A stretch of 63,979 nucleotides of DNA, filler included, from Octopus bimaculoides (taxonomy: Eukaryota): NCBI RefSeq assembly GCF_001194135.2. It is 8 parts of 5 records of this genome, joined end to end, with 100 filler letters (N's around TTAATTAATTAA, not from the genome) between each part and the next. Parts side by side here need not be neighbours in the genome. Positions count along the whole stretch, not along the records: positions 13,588 to 28,467 come from NC_068983.1; positions 28,568 to 39,594 come from NC_068988.1; 6 more parts are not named here. One strand, given 5' to 3'. Shown here one piece after another: positions 25,110 to 39,282 of this stretch. The notes under the pieces are model-generated. The model saw only the letters and a list, made by a program, of their open reading frames with translations, searched no databases and was not told the origin of the DNA. The translations under genes were made by a program, and so were the position numbers. The number at the start of each line of letters is the position of its first letter. Positions within the stretch are counted from its first letter, which is position 1.

Positions 25110-25900
25110 TATCACGGTAGCCAATGAAATGTTCACTATCAGCAACATCATGGGAACGATCCCCTATATTGGAAATGTTTCCTGTCCACTGCACCTGGTA
25201 ACTTTAACAGCATGACCTCGACCCTGATAAGTTATGCCTGTTTGATCGAAGACTTCAACGTACTCCAGCGGATGTCGAAGAGAGTACAGAGGCAGCGCTG
25301 TTGAAAGTACTCAAGAAGTCAATGGTGGTGACAGCTGGTAACCCATCACTTCGAGCCAAACAGGAGGATGATCAGTACAGTTCAACAGACCTGCACATAC
25401 TGATGTGCCTCCACTCAGCTGTTTTTGTTCTAGATTCTGTTGTACATTATACGCTGAAGAACTGACTGTGCGAGTACAACAAGCAGAGCACAGTTGGCAA
25501 AGAATACCTTCCGTAGGAGTTTTTCCAGTCCCTTGATGTGGAACAGTAATCATCACAAGTTGAACTCGCTGCCATCGATGCGGTATCGGATGTAGGGATC
25601 GTCCTCGTCATTAAGGTCTTCTGAAGAAGATAATGAAGATACTGACGAAAATTATTGAAGAGAGTGGGCGCCAGGACGCAATACTGATTTTCTCCGTTCT
25701 CTATGGGAAAGGGTTTTGGATTCTCATTATTGCACCTGACTTAGCTACGCTGATCCTCGTGTAGCATGTAGCTAGATGACATGTTGATGAATTCTGCAGA
25801 GCATCCCAGTTGTTCCATGATTTTACACAGACCCTACAGTTTCACAGCATCGACCAATTTGATCAGGTCTACAAACGGTACCACTGCTCACCCTTTTCTA
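25110..25900 (-). pseudogene. RTE-clade LINE reverse-transcriptase remnant (deleted, frameshifted)
   Basis: Minus-strand peptides FVDLIKLVDAV..GLCKIMEQLGC, VLAPTLFNNF, PYIRYRIDGSEFNL, FFANCAL and LSTFNSAAS match RTE RT motifs (FVDLTKAFDTV, GCVLAPTLF, YIRYRTDGKLFNL, LFADDCAL). Confidence 0.8.
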
Positions 25901-26963
25901 AGACAGTAGGACATGACTTGAGAAAAATTTGACTTCAATTTCAAGCTGGTCACACACCACCTACAGGTGCTGTTTGTTGTTGCTGCTGTTGTTGTTATTT
26001 GGCGGAAAGTCAAGCCCCAAACGACCAGATCTATGGTCAAGGGTGTTCCAGCCCTGCCCAGGCAGTCTTTTCTTTTCCAAATATAGTGTACCTAGACCTA
26101 CCTTATCCAAAATGTTTTTCAAACAATGGCCTGTAATTTGAGGATGATTTGGCTGACATTTCTAGCTGGTCGTGCGACAGCACTGAGGTTCCTGATAGTT
26201 TGTATCAGACTTACTCTTGTTTTTGCTGGTGATTATCAACTGTTTGGCCATGGTAAAGATCCCTCTGATTAAAGACGTTCCTGTCATGACAATTACGTAT
26301 AGTAATGACAGCATTGATCATTGAATCTCTATTTAATATGTTATGGTGTGGATTGATGGCGAGTTGATTACTATTCCAAGCAGGTGAACCAATCGACAGA
26401 GCAGATCTGTCGTAGGGCCTTATCAGTGGTATGAACAGGTCAGCTCTGATCATTGACATTCCATCTATGATCATCCATCATTCCTTTCCTTGACTAATAT
26501 CTTCTTTTTCCAAGATGGCAGTGTGTGAGTTAATAGAAATTTGGTTGTTGTTTCTAGTAGATCAAGAGACAATGCTTGTTATTATTATCAGTGGTGTCAC
26601 AAGCAAGGACATTGATAGTCATTAAAAAAAATGACATGACATTACATACGTGACAATAAGTACAGTTTTTGGGTCACCTCAAAGATGGTTGCTTAACGAT
26701 CGACTGTAGTGACACTCCTCGAACTGATGGCATGCTTAGAATAATACAAGAGACATGAAAAAGAAACAAGACAGTCACAATATTGTCCTTATTTCTTTTT
26801 TGTTTTGTTTGTTGTGTCTGTTGATGGTTTAGTTGGGAGCGAATGAGTTGGAAAGAAAAATTTCTTTGTATAATATAACAAATCTAGGAGTGGAGGAACT
26901 AGAAATGATATTAATAAAGTTATATCTGAAACTGATTCTAAAGCATGCATGCGCCCACACACA

Positions 26964-27007
<44 letters not shown>

Positions 27008-27440
27008 AACAGACAAATACACAAATACAATTGTATACATAAATACATACGCACACACACACTCAAACTAGCACATCTCAAAATCTAACACGTACGAACT
27101 AGCACATCCATTTACACACACACACAAACTAGCATAAAAACAGGTACATGGCATACAACTTATAGTAAAAGGGTAAATGCACGCAGATTCAACAGCTGTG
27201 CACGTACATACATTATAATTATCCTTGTTGCTAAAATAATATTAATTATTATTATTATTATCGTAGCAACAAACATAATAATTATTATTATTGCTATTGT
27301 TTTCAATAGTTTCATGCTAGTTTTACACTGCGCTTCCACGCTCTCGTCCATGTTCCTGGCTGGGGAGACGCCGTCGTTTGTACGGTGGGAAGATATTTGT
27401 TATACAACTTACGTTCTGTTTTCTGGAGTTTCTTTTATTA

Positions 27441-27458
27441 CATATTGCGCTTCAGTGT

Positions 27459-27489
<31 letters not shown>

Positions 27490-27755
27490 CTGTGTGTGTG
27501 TGTGTGTGTAGGTATGTGCGTGTATGTGAGTATGGGTGTAGGTATGTGTATGAGCGTGAGTATAGGTATATGTGTGTATAGGTATGTTTGTGTATGAGTG
27601 TGTGTGTAGGTATATGCGTTTGTGTGTGAGTGTGTCTGTAAGTATGTGTGTGCGTGTGTCTGTAAGTATGGGTACGTGTGTGCGTGTGTGTGTGTGTGTA
27701 TGTAGGTATGTGTGTGTAGATATGTGTGTGGGTGTGTATGCGTGTGTGTGAGTAC
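27441..27755. repeat. Compound (TG)n/(TATG) low-complexity repeat
   Basis: Seen directly. Confidence 0.9.
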
Positions 27756-28080
27756 ACTATAGTACAGTATTGGGTACATAAGCCTGTGTCTTTGTGCTGG
27801 AGATATTGAGCATACAGCTGACGTATTGTATCCTTGAGCAAGGCACTCTTTCCATGTTACTTCAGCCTACTCAGCTGCAAATGAATCTCAGCTTGGTGCA
27901 GCTCTTTCTCCTTCCAGATGTCATATCCTTCAAGTTTACTAGAACAAAGGCCAGAATACCGAATGGGTCACTGGTTGCTCGCGATTACATAGCATATAGA
28001 ACAATTAGTGAACGCATGGTACATACCACCAAGTCATATTCACTTAAGTTTGACTGCTAGCCTTTCTCTTTTTATTATAT

Positions 28081-28467
28081 ACTAGCAGAAATACCCGGCT
28101 TTGCCCGGGTTAAAGAGAATAATGAAATCTAAAAACGCCGTCTAGACTACGCAACCCTCAACTGTTAGTAGCTACGATACCATATTTCTACATTAATAAC
28201 TCTCCAATCCATGCCAGCATGGAACATAGACATTAAGTGGAATGCCAGTCTCTCATCTAGGAGGGCCTTGAAATCAATGTTACCAACTGGGGACTATGTG
28301 TGTCGTAGTGATAATAAAAAGACCCAAAGGAGGTCTGCAACGAAATAATTTTACTCAACACTTTGCAAGTGAATCAGTGGAGGCAAAGATGCGTCTCATT
28401 TACTTGACAATTTATGCACCACATTGCAGAAATCACAATGAAAGTATATCTGAAAGGGTAGTCTTAC
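28081..28467 (+). mobile_element. Helitron-like element, copy 4 (variant 5' region), truncated by a gap
   Basis: actagcagaaatacccggctttgcccgggtt terminus, then different internal sequence rejoining the shared block gaaggccttgaaatcaatgttaccaactggggac. Confidence 0.7.
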
Positions 28468-28656
28468 NNNNNNNNNNNNNNNNNNNNNNNNNNNNNNNNN
28501 NNNNNNNNNNNTTAATTAATTAANNNNNNNNNNNNNNNNNNNNNNNNNNNNNNNNNNNNNNNNNNNNAGTTGAAATTTACAGAAAAAACAAAAGACGAAG
28601 ACAGGTGTCTAAACAACAAACAGGTGTATTAGTTTAACGCTCGGGAGAGTGAAAGT

Positions 28657-28692
28657 CTTTTACGTTTCGAGCCTACGCTCTTCAACAGAAAG
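28657..28692 (-). ncRNA. Minimal type I hammerhead-like motif in a PLE-derived repeat (28568-28740)
   Basis: Minus strand cttt-CTGTTGA-a-GAGC gtag GCTC-GAA-ACGT-A-aaag: stem I cttt/aaag, stem II 4 bp plus tetraloop, palindromic stem III ACGU, GUA site. A6U variant. Confidence 0.6.
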
Positions 28693-29218
28693 GAACACGG
28701 GGAAATAAACAGAAGGAATAAAAAAGCTTTAGGGTCTAGCGGTCAATCATATATATTGGTGTGCATGTGTGTGCGTGTGTGTGCGTGTGTGTGTGTGTGT
28801 GTGTGCGCGCGCGCGTAGCATTATAATGCATTCATAGTATGTGTTGCAGTAAAAGAATGTATAAGTTCTTTTAATATATGCATCAGTGTCTGGTTATTTG
28901 TATGTGTATTCTTGCTCCTTTGCCTGTGGGTGTATGCGTGTGCGCGAGTGTGTGTTGTGTATAAATTCTTTGTCATTTAATATAATATATATTGCACCGC
29001 GATGCATGAATGGACGTCCAACAATATATATACGTATTCAGTTTACCTTTTTGTCAATGTTTAACAAGGCGTAGTTATTTTTAATATTTTGAGCTACAAA
29101 TAGAAATGAGTTTGTGAATATGGTACTCACTGTGTTTCTGTGTCAATGCAAAATAATGTGTGAGTAGATATGTGTGTGTATGTATGTATGTATGTATGTG
29201 TATGTATGCAAGTATGCA

Positions 29219-29258
<40 letters not shown>

Positions 29259-30769
29259 NNNNNNNNNNNNNNNNNNNNNNNNNNNNNNNNNNNNNNNNNN
29301 NNNNNNNNNNNNNNNNNNNNNNNNNNNNNNNNNNNNNNNNNNNNNNNNNNNNNNNNNNNNNNNNNNNNNNNNNNNNNNNNNNNNNNNNNNNNNNNNNNNN
29401 NNNNNNNNNNNNNNNNNNNNNNNNNNNNNNNNNNNNNNNNNNNNNNNNNNNNNNNNNNNNNNNNNNNNNNNNNNNNNNNNNNNNNNNNNNNNNNNNNNNN
29501 NNNNNNNNNNNNNNNNNNNNNNNNNNNNNNNNNNNNNNNNNNNNNNNNNNNNNNNNNNNNNNNNNNNNNNNNNNNNNNNNNNNNNNNNNNNNNNNNNNNN
29601 NNNNNNNNNNNNNNNNNNNNNNNNNNNNNNNNNNNNNNNNNNNNNNNNNNNNNNNNNNNNNNNNNNNNNNNNNNNNNNNNNNNNNNNNNNNNNNNNNNNN
29701 NNNNNNNNNNNNNNNNNNNNNNNNNNNNNNNNNNNNNNNNNNNNNNNNNNNNNNNNNNNNNNNNNNNNNNNNNNNNNNNNNNNNNNNNNNNNNNNNNNNN
29801 NNAGGGTAGTGGTGGACGGAAAACAAGACAGGAAAACGAAACGGTGAAATAAACAAACAAAAAGGCTGTACAGCCAGACGTGAATTGTGTATGTATTGAA
29901 CGCTGTGAAGCACGTACAGGAGGGGCAAAGAAGTACGTGCGAGCTTGGTGATTCCAAGAACGAAAAGAAATAGCAGCCGGACACACGTGACCAAGGCTGT
30001 GTGAGGAGAAAGAGTAGCAGAGGGAAAAGAAGGGGAGGAAGTAGAATAAAAGTGAGCAACGAGAGGTAGAGAGAGAGAGATAGATAGTAGTAGTAACGGT
30101 GAGAGGCGAAGGACGAGTAACAAGAGATAGAGAGAGAGAAGTATTTATATGTATGTATGTATGTATACTCACATATACATATATATGTATGTAAACGTAC
30201 ATATTGGTGGTTAAAGGCTCTTTATTTGTGGATTAAGGCAACCATTGGTTTCATATTAAGGAAGCCCTCACTTAATATATGCAATATTACAGAGCAGCAA
30301 AAATATCACAAACACTCTTACTCAGAGTTTCACGTTCTCTTTCGTCGGACAGTTTTGTTCACATTGGAGGAAGATAAGGTTATATGCAAAAATACAATCA
30401 CTTTGATAGATACACATTTGAAAATGGTTTTGTTTCATTGGTTCTTTCAATAACCCGTTTATTATATATGCATGCATGTATGTATGTATGCATGTATGCA
30501 TGTATGTATGTATGTATGTATGTATGTATGTATATATATGGACAGTATTCCAAATGTAGTCCGACAATACTAGGTAAAAAGTATTTGAAATAGACGGATG
30601 AGTACCATGCGCGTATGAATACAGGAACAGAATTGCCAGACAAGCTAAAACATAACGAGACCCTTTTGGCTAATTACACTCTTTGTTACATAAAGTCTGG
30701 TATAACTTTATGCCCTTCTGCTCACTTTGTGTTCATTTTGACGTTATCTTCCCCCGTGTCTGATTCCGT

Positions 30770-30805
30770 CTTTCTGAAGAAGAGCTGCTGTGCAAAACGT
30801 TAAAT
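30770..30805 (+). ncRNA. Degenerate minimal hammerhead-like motif
   Basis: cttt-CTGAAGA-a-gagctgctgtgc-AAA-ACGT-T-aaat. G12 is mutated and stem II is imperfect. Confidence 0.4.
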
Positions 30806-31764
30806 ATCTCTCTTTTTATTTTATTATATATATATATTTTTTTGTTACTCATGGTTATTTTTTGTTGCCGATTCATAACTTGGTGAAGTTATGATCGCCT
30901 TTAAGGTTTCCAACTTTCAGTAATTAAACTGAGTTTGCATAATGCATGTCAATGCTAAAGATAGATTTAAAGAATAAAAAGAAAAAGAAAAAGAATTCAT
31001 TAACACTCCAGCATCTTCCTTTCGAATAATTACAAGAAGGAAACGTTACCTGGAACTGGTTTCAAAAATTAAACATTACCTTACGTATTACCGTTTAGTA
31101 TCACAGGTGGCACATCATCAGCTTAAGTTTCATGAAAGTCATTAAAAATGTATTTCACGTAATCTTGAATGAAATTACTCCCAGGCTTTCTTGTTCTACA
31201 ACCTCTATATATTGACCGTGATTTAGCATATTTTCACACTTCTGACTTCATAAACTGAACATAATCTCTACCATCAATATACCAACTATGTCACTGTTTC
31301 TTCTAGAATCAAAGATTATAGATATACTAATATATAGTCAACACTTCCAACAAATTTGGAGTGTTTGTGAAACCCCTTTAAATCTAGATTTTATTCTCAC
31401 ACGCAATCCTTTCGAAATTCAGACAGAATTAAATAAATGTTTTTTTTAGTTTTATACATTTGGTTGTCAAAAGATAATTTGATGCTCTCACCTCATAATT
31501 GGAGTAAGCTTTCTAGAGCATGCGATCTTACACTTTAGAAGGATAAAATATGCTTTTTCCGAAGATCACATTAACTGACATCCATAAAAGCTTTCCAACC
31601 GCTTTCATAGAAAATATAAAACAAAGTTTTTCCGGACAAATCGTCTCTCACACCGCTTGCAACTCCTTATACCTCTATCTGAGATATAGTTAGAGAGAGA
31701 GGAGGGAAGGAGCGAGGGGGAAACAGACAGACAAACAGTCAGACGGAGAGACAGACAGACCGTT

Positions 31765-31925
<161 letters not shown>

Positions 31926-32354
31926 AAATTTCGTAAATATGTCCTAAATATTTATTAAACCATGGCCAGTTTTCATTTATTTATAATTTATTGTTCTTTT
32001 CTTTTGTTTATTGACGTTGAAATTGTTTGTTGTTGTTGTCGTTGTGAATGTGTGTGTTTGTGTGTTCGTGTGATTTTTACTTTATGATTTGTCAAGGTGA
32101 TCATTATAATCGTCACCTACACAATTAGGCAGATAACTTTTACACAGGTGTGTCGTCAACTGTAATGTATATACATATATTTGTACGTGCGCGCGTGTGT
32201 GTGTGTGTGTGTGTGTGTGAAAGTAGGTGTGGGTGTTTGTGTACATATGTGTGTGTATGTGTGTGCGCGTATGTATGCATAAACATAAATATACATATAC
32301 ATATATATATACATATATATATATATATATTTATTTATATATATGTATGTATGC

Positions 32355-32403
<49 letters not shown>

Positions 32404-32426
32404 CAGATAGATAGATAAATAGATAG

Positions 32427-32469
<43 letters not shown>

Positions 32470-32776
32470 CGCAAATACGCACACATTCATATTCAACCAC
32501 GTCTGTAAAAGCATATGTGCATGACAACAAACACCACAACAAACCAATGTTTTTTTCCCACGCTCATGCTTCAATCATATGTGTGTATGTGCGTGTGTAA
32601 ATGCATAGTTATATGTATATATACTGTGTGTATGTGTATGTGTGTGTATGTGAGTGTGTGTGTTTGTGTGTGCGTAATTTCTGCTATTATATCCTTTACT
32701 GCTTTTATGACAAAAATTACTTGCATTCATTACACACACACACATATACATATTCATATATATATATACATACATA

Positions 32777-32843
<67 letters not shown>

Positions 32844-33810
32844 NNNNNNNNNNNNNNNNNNNNNNNNNNNNNNNNNNNNNNNNNNNNNNNNNNNNNNNNN
32901 NNNNNNNNNNNNNNNNNNNNNNNNNNNNNNNNNNNNNNNNNNNNNNNNNNNNNNNNNNNNNNNNNNNNNNNNNNNNNNNNNNNNNNNNNNNNNNNNNNNN
33001 NNNNNNNNNNNNNNNNNNNNNNNNNNNNNNNNNNNNNNNNNNNNNNNNNNNNNNNNNNNNNNNNNNNNNNNNNNNNNNNNNNNNNNNNNNNNNNNNNNNN
33101 NNNNNNNNNNNNNNNNNNNNNNNNNNNNNNNNNNNNNNNNNNNNNNNNNNNNNNNNNNNNNNNNNNNNNNNNNNNNNNNNNNNNNNNNNNNNNNNNNNNN
33201 NNNNNNNNNNNNNNNNNNNNNNNNNNNNNNNNNNNNNNNNNNNNNNNNNNNNNNNNNNNNNNNNNNNNNNNNNNNNNNNNNNNNNNNNNNNNNNNNNNNN
33301 NNNNNNNNNNNNNNNNNNNNNNNNNNNNNNNNNNNNNNNNNNNNNNNNNNNNNNNNNNNNNNNNNNNNNNNNNNNNNNNNNNNNNNNNNNNNNNNNNNNN
33401 NNNNNNNNNNNNNNNNNNNNNNNNNNNNNNNNNNNNNNNNNNNNNNNNNNNNNNNNNNNNNNNNNNNNNNNNNNNNNNNNNNNNNNNNNNNNNNNNNNNN
33501 NNNNNNNNNNNNNNNNNNNNNNNNNNNNNNNNNNNNNNNNNNNNNNNNNNNNNNNNNNNNNNNNNNNNNNNNNNNNNNNNNNNNNNNNNNNNNNNNNNNN
33601 NNNNNNNNNNNNNNNNNNNNNNNNNNNNNNNNNNNNNNNNNNNNNNNNNNNNNNNNNNNNNNNNNNNNNNNNNNNNNNNNNNNNNNNNNNNNNNNNNNNN
33701 NNNNNNNNNNNNNNNNNNNNNNNNNNNNNNNNNNNNNNNNNNNNNNNNNNNNNNNNNNNNNNNNNNNNNNNNNNNNNNNNNNNNNNNNNNNNNNNNNNNN
33801 NNNNNNNNNN

Positions 33811-33880
<70 letters not shown>

Positions 33881-34088
33881 AGTTTCACTGACGTATATAA
33901 CTAATTCAAATTACGTCCAGTTGTTTTAATAAAAGAAAATGACACATTATATAATGTGACAAAATGTGGAAACTAGGATGAGAAGATCAGGTCAGGAGAA
34001 TCAAAGCTTGATCAAAGCTTCGTCTTATCTTTCCGTTTTGCGGGGCTAAACGATGATAACATGCAAAAGTATGTATGTAAGAGTAGAC

Positions 34089-34142
<54 letters not shown>

Positions 34143-34309
34143 ATCTTTCACGTATCTGTCATAAACAACCGTTTACACACACACACACACATGCAAGTGT
34201 GGTAACATGTTTGCTTCCAAACCACGTGTTTCCAGGTTCAGTTCCGCTGCGTGTATAATAAGTCTTATCTTGTTTCAGTCATTATATATTTATATATATA
34301 TATAAATAA

Positions 34310-34341
<32 letters not shown>

Positions 34342-34344
34342 ACT

Positions 34345-35219
34345 CAGGGTGCGATGGGTAAAATATCACCATTTTTTAAATACTTTTGTTTTCGCGCATG
34401 CACATCGTTTGCTTTGGATTTTGTCGACTACACAGTATAATAGGGTCACTTGGGCACCGTCTGTGAGAAAGAGCAGCACCATGACACAATTCACTCTACC
34501 AGAAATTTGGAAACGAGATGCTGTACTGCTTGGCATTCGCGCCGGAAGCTCAAATACGAACATTTCAGAGTGTTTTGGGTGTCAATCTGAAAACAGAGCT
34601 ACCCGATGGCATGTACCCAGAGTGATAAAAAACAAACATTTAGTCGATATCTCGATGTTTGGAGTGATCACTAGTGATGGCGACGTTATGCCTCCATTCA
34701 TCTTCTCACGAGGCCTCGGACTCAGTACGGAGTCCTACATCAAGTACTTGAAGGAGTTAGTGCTGCCCTGCGTCAAGAGGGTGGCTACTGGGAGACCCTA
34801 TATCTGGCAATAGGACTCTGTACTATGCCACACAAGCAGAAGAACCCAATCATTGCTGTCAGACAATTTCTGTGACCACACCACCCCTAACATCTGGCCA
34901 CCTAACTCCCCAGACTTCAACCCACTTGATTATTATAGGTGGGGCGCTGTTGAGTGAGAGACCAACAAAACTCCTTGTTACACCAAAGATGAACTGAAGG
35001 CAGGAATTTTGGCAGTATTCCACCAACTTAAACAAGGAGACCATCCAGAAGAGTTGCAGGAGATTCTGAAGTCGTTGGGAGACCGTGGTTGAAGCCAATG
35101 GCGATTTTATTGAATGAATTTATTCTTTAGTATTTCTAGATATTTTTTATGTAATTTTGGTAAATTACGTAAAATTTTCATTTTACGTAATTTAGATGAC
35201 AGTTTATTCACCTACTCTG
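34345..35219 (+). mobile_element. Internally deleted Tc1/mariner transposon, maT (DD37D) family
   Basis: MTQFTLPEIWKRDAVLLGIRAG N-terminus, then MFGVITSDGDVMPPFIF...YIWQ*DSVLCH...WPPNSPDFNPLDYY with 37 residues between the 2nd and 3rd Asp. Degenerate TIRs cagggtgcgatgggtaaaatatcacc / gatgacagtttattcacctactctg followed by TA. Confidence 0.9.
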
Positions 35220-35243
35220 TATATAGAGAGATAGATAGATAGA

Positions 35244-35333
<90 letters not shown>

Positions 35334-35344
35334 CCTGATATTTA

Positions 35345-35640
35345 TTTTACCAGTATATACATATATGTTACGGGGATGTAAAGGCACCAGCACCAGTTGT
35401 CAATGGTGGGACGAAAACTAACAGAAACACGGATACGGACACAAGCATACAAACACATACTTACATATATATATATATATATATACGACGGGCTTCTTTC
35501 AGTTTCCGTCTAGCATCTCTACCAACAAGGCTTTGGTGGGCCTGGGACTATAGAAGAAAACACTTAAGATACTACGGTGCGGAACTGAACCAGGAACCAT
35601 GTTGTTAGCAAGCAAACTTGTTACCACATTCCCACGCTTG
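35345..35640 (-). mobile_element. SINE family B
   Basis: acgacgggcttctttcagtttccgtc...ggaactgaaccaggaaccatg and tail ttacggggatgtaaa. Confidence 0.8.
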
Positions 35641-35706
35641 GGCCTATACATATATATATACCTATATCGAAATCTATATCTACATATATATATATATATA
35701 TGTGTG

Positions 35707-35737
<31 letters not shown>

Positions 35738-35773
35738 GTATATATATATATATATATGCATATATGTATATAC

Positions 35774-35844
<71 letters not shown>

Positions 35845-36199
35845 AGTGTGCATAGACATATAGCATATCCATTTATATCTATACACACAACACAGGTAAT
35901 TAATTTGTGTGAGTGTAAATGTGTGTACGAATGTATGTGCGTAACTTAAAACGCTTTTTACCTGGAAAAGAGGTTGTTCTAAGGTAAATTTTCCGCATAT
36001 ACACACATCCACCAAAATATACATATACACACATATACAAATACACGTATACTTCTCTATAAGTACACAAGCATGCTTGAATGTACGTGTGTACGTACCA
36101 GTGCGTGTGTCTATGTATGTATGTATGCATGTATGTATGTATGCACATAAATTCATACACACCTCGCCGACACATGTATGTATAAACAAATAAATAAGA

Positions 36200-36420
36200 C
36201 GTCCTCTCCCACCCAAAACAGCCGTATACACTCGCTGGACAGCAGTCAGTCAGGTGTAGCCGTTTACTGGCGACAGACTGTCGCCAGTCGGATTAAAACT
36301 CGGTGTTCTCCTCTTGCCAAAATAAAAACAGCGAAGTCCTTTTAGCGCACAGGTGTGGGCTTCTCTCATCGTAATCGCGTATGCCGCTCACAGGTGTTTG
36401 ATATATTAAGTGAATCCTCT
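36200..36420. promoter_or_regulatory. CpG-rich non-repetitive island with a perfect palindrome and three CAGGTG E-boxes (candidate cis-regulatory element)
   Basis: Palindrome actggcgacag-a-ctgtcgccagt at 36266-36288. CAGGTG at 36251, 36350 and 36391. Function is inferred only. Confidence 0.3.
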
Positions 36421-36434
36421 GTCCGTCTCTTTCC

Positions 36435-36513
<79 letters not shown>

Positions 36514-37001
36514 ACCATTTATACACACCTCTTTTCTCTCGGGCTCTCTCTTTCACTCTTTCTTTCTATCTATCCACTTTCTCTCTCAACCAACCACTTT
36601 TTCCCTTTCTCCCGAATGTATCTCAACTCTCTCTCTCTCTCTCTCTCTCACTCTCTTTCACTCCCTATCTATCTCTATCTAGCTAGCTAGCCAGTAGTCT
36701 AGTTATCTATCTCTCTAGACATCTATATGTCTCTTTCTCCACCTACCAATCTATCTATCTACCTGTCTATCTATCTATCTACCTACCAATCTACACACAC
36801 ACACACACACACTCGCACACGCCCGCGCATACACATGTTTCTCTGTCTGTCTATCTATCTACCTGCTGTTAAATGCTCGTTATAATTTTAATAATTTTGG
36901 TTTAGTTCTGGTTCCATTTTGATCCGTTTCTTCCCGTAATGTTATGCTTAGGGTATTGTCACTGCATACGCAAACGTGCAAGCATTGAAATGTTTATAAT
37001 A

Positions 37002-37044
<43 letters not shown>

Positions 37045-37116
37045 GCACACACAAATATTACTCTGTGTGTGTGTGTGTGCGCGCGCGTGTGTGAGTGTGT
37101 ATGTACGCGTACGTTT

Positions 37117-37374
37117 GTGTGTGTGAATGTTTGTGTGTTTGAGTATATATATAAATATAAATCTATGTGTATATCTTACTTGTTTCAGTCATTCGACTGC
37201 GGCCATGCTGGGGCGTCTCTTCGGAGAATTTTTAGTCGAAGGAATCGACATCAGAACTTAAATTTTTAAGCCTCGTACTTCTATCGATCTATTTTGCCGA
37301 GCCACTACGTTACGAGGACGTAGACATACTAACACCTGTTATCAAGTTGTGGTAGGAGACAAACACATTCACAC
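37117..37374 (-). repeat. Inverted copy of a SINE-B tail plus flank (left arm of hairpin)
   Basis: Reverse complement matches 37651-37916, including non-SINE flank. Confidence 0.85.
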
Positions 37375-37431
37375 GCACACACATACACACACAATCACAT
37401 ACACATATACACAAAACAAATACACAACCGT

Positions 37432-37850
37432 AGACTGTGTGGTAAGAAGCTTGCTTCCCAACCACTTGGTTCCGGGTTCAGTCCCACTGCGTGGTAGCTT
37501 GAGCATGTTTCTTCTACTATAGCCTCGGACCGACCAAAGCCTTTTGAGTGGATTTTGTAGACGGAAACTGAAAGTAGCCCATCGTGTATATATATGTCTA
37601 TATATGTGTGTGTGTGTGTGTGTGTGCGTGTGTGTGTGTGTGTGTGGTGTGTGTGAATGTGTTTGTCCTCTACCACCACTTGATAACAGGTGTTAGTATG
37701 TTTACATCCTCGTAACGTAGTGGCTCGGCAAAAGTGATCTATAGAAGTACGAGGCTTAAAATATTAAGTACTGATGTCAATTCGTTCGACTAAATATTCT
37801 CCAAAGAGAAGCTCCAGCATGGCCACAGACTGAAACAAGTAAGATATACA
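37432..37850 (+). mobile_element. Near full-length SINE family B (head, body, TG spacer, tail)
   Basis: ctgtgtggtaagaagcttgcttcccaaccac...gaaactgaaag...ccagcatggccacagactgaaacaagtaa. Confidence 0.9.
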
Positions 37851-39282
37851 TATACATTTATATTCTCAAACACACATATACATTTATATACTCAAACACA
37901 CAAACATTCACACACATGGGCGTTCTACATAATCCTCGACTTTTCCTGCCCAAAAGGGTCTTTCAACCAAATGTTTACATGCTACAATCTATAGCTTTAC
38001 CTGCTTCGAGATCCAGCTTTACAAAAGGAAATTACTTCACGTTCTCACGAATCTTTAAAAAAATTTTATGACGTCAACAACAACAACAACAACATTAACA
38101 ACTGTAGTAATACCACCAATAACGCAGGTTGTGTCCCCTTCACTTACCTGCTTACCTACTTACCCACCCACCTATCTACCTATCTACCCACCTACCTACC
38201 TACTTACCTACCTAATTATCTATATGCTACCAACCATTGCCGTCACCAAAGCTCGGATTACAAATGATACATACCTTGGCTGGCTAAATTATGTGGCAAT
38301 ATGGCGGCTAAATTATTCTTCTGTGGTCTTGACCGTAAGTTATTTGATATTTGCATGGACACGGACATATCAGAGGAGAATGCATACGGATGCGAGTGCG
38401 GGGGAGACAGGGGTGGGCGAGAGAACGGTTGAGATGGACAGAGAGATTTGCATTGGAAATTATGCATTTGAATATTAGCTATCAAATATATATTACTGGA
38501 TTTTAGATATGCGCAATTAGCGACACATCGTTGTACTTATATATGTATATACGTCCGTATATATACGTGTATGTATATATACATATATGTAGAAATGTAT
38601 ACACACACATTTATGTCATTACTTATTATGTAGATAGGGTTAAAATCGAAGCTGTGTCCTCTTTAGGCACATCTGCTAATTTCAGCATTCCACATCCGTA
38701 CGTAGATCTTATATTTGCGTGAGATATGCATAAGGGTTGAAAATACTGGAAAACATGTTCTGTGGAGTAATAATATAAAAACAGGGCAAATTTTTTGGTA
38801 TTATTTTAGCACATGAAACATGAGTAATGGGGAATACCCCAAAATTTTTCCAACGTCCTGCTTCGATATATACGAATTGCAAATTACAAGAGTGAACAAG
38901 AGAGACAGAGATAGGCAGAAACAAGGAAAATGCCCCTTGCATTTGAATACTATGCAAATATTCTTTTAAAATACTTTGCTTTTAATTTTTCCAAAATTTA
39001 ATTGTTTTCCATGCTTACAGTTGAAAAAGTCTCAATGACTGAAACCGGTACTGAAATGTTTTTTATAAAATTATTTTAGCATTTTCTACCGTGACGTTTT
39101 TCACACACACATACACACGAGCACACACACAGAAACATATATATGTATGTATGTATGTATGTATTTATGTAGGTAGGTAGGTAGGTAGGTAGGTAGGTAG
39201 GTAGGTATGCATGTATATATATACATACATCATTTACATTATTTACAATTGACGGATATTTGTCCTCATTTTGTTTGTTGTT

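Noticed and set aside
36228-36248. GGACAGC half-site suggesting a REST/RE1 element
   Set aside because: The left half (TTCAGCACC) is absent.
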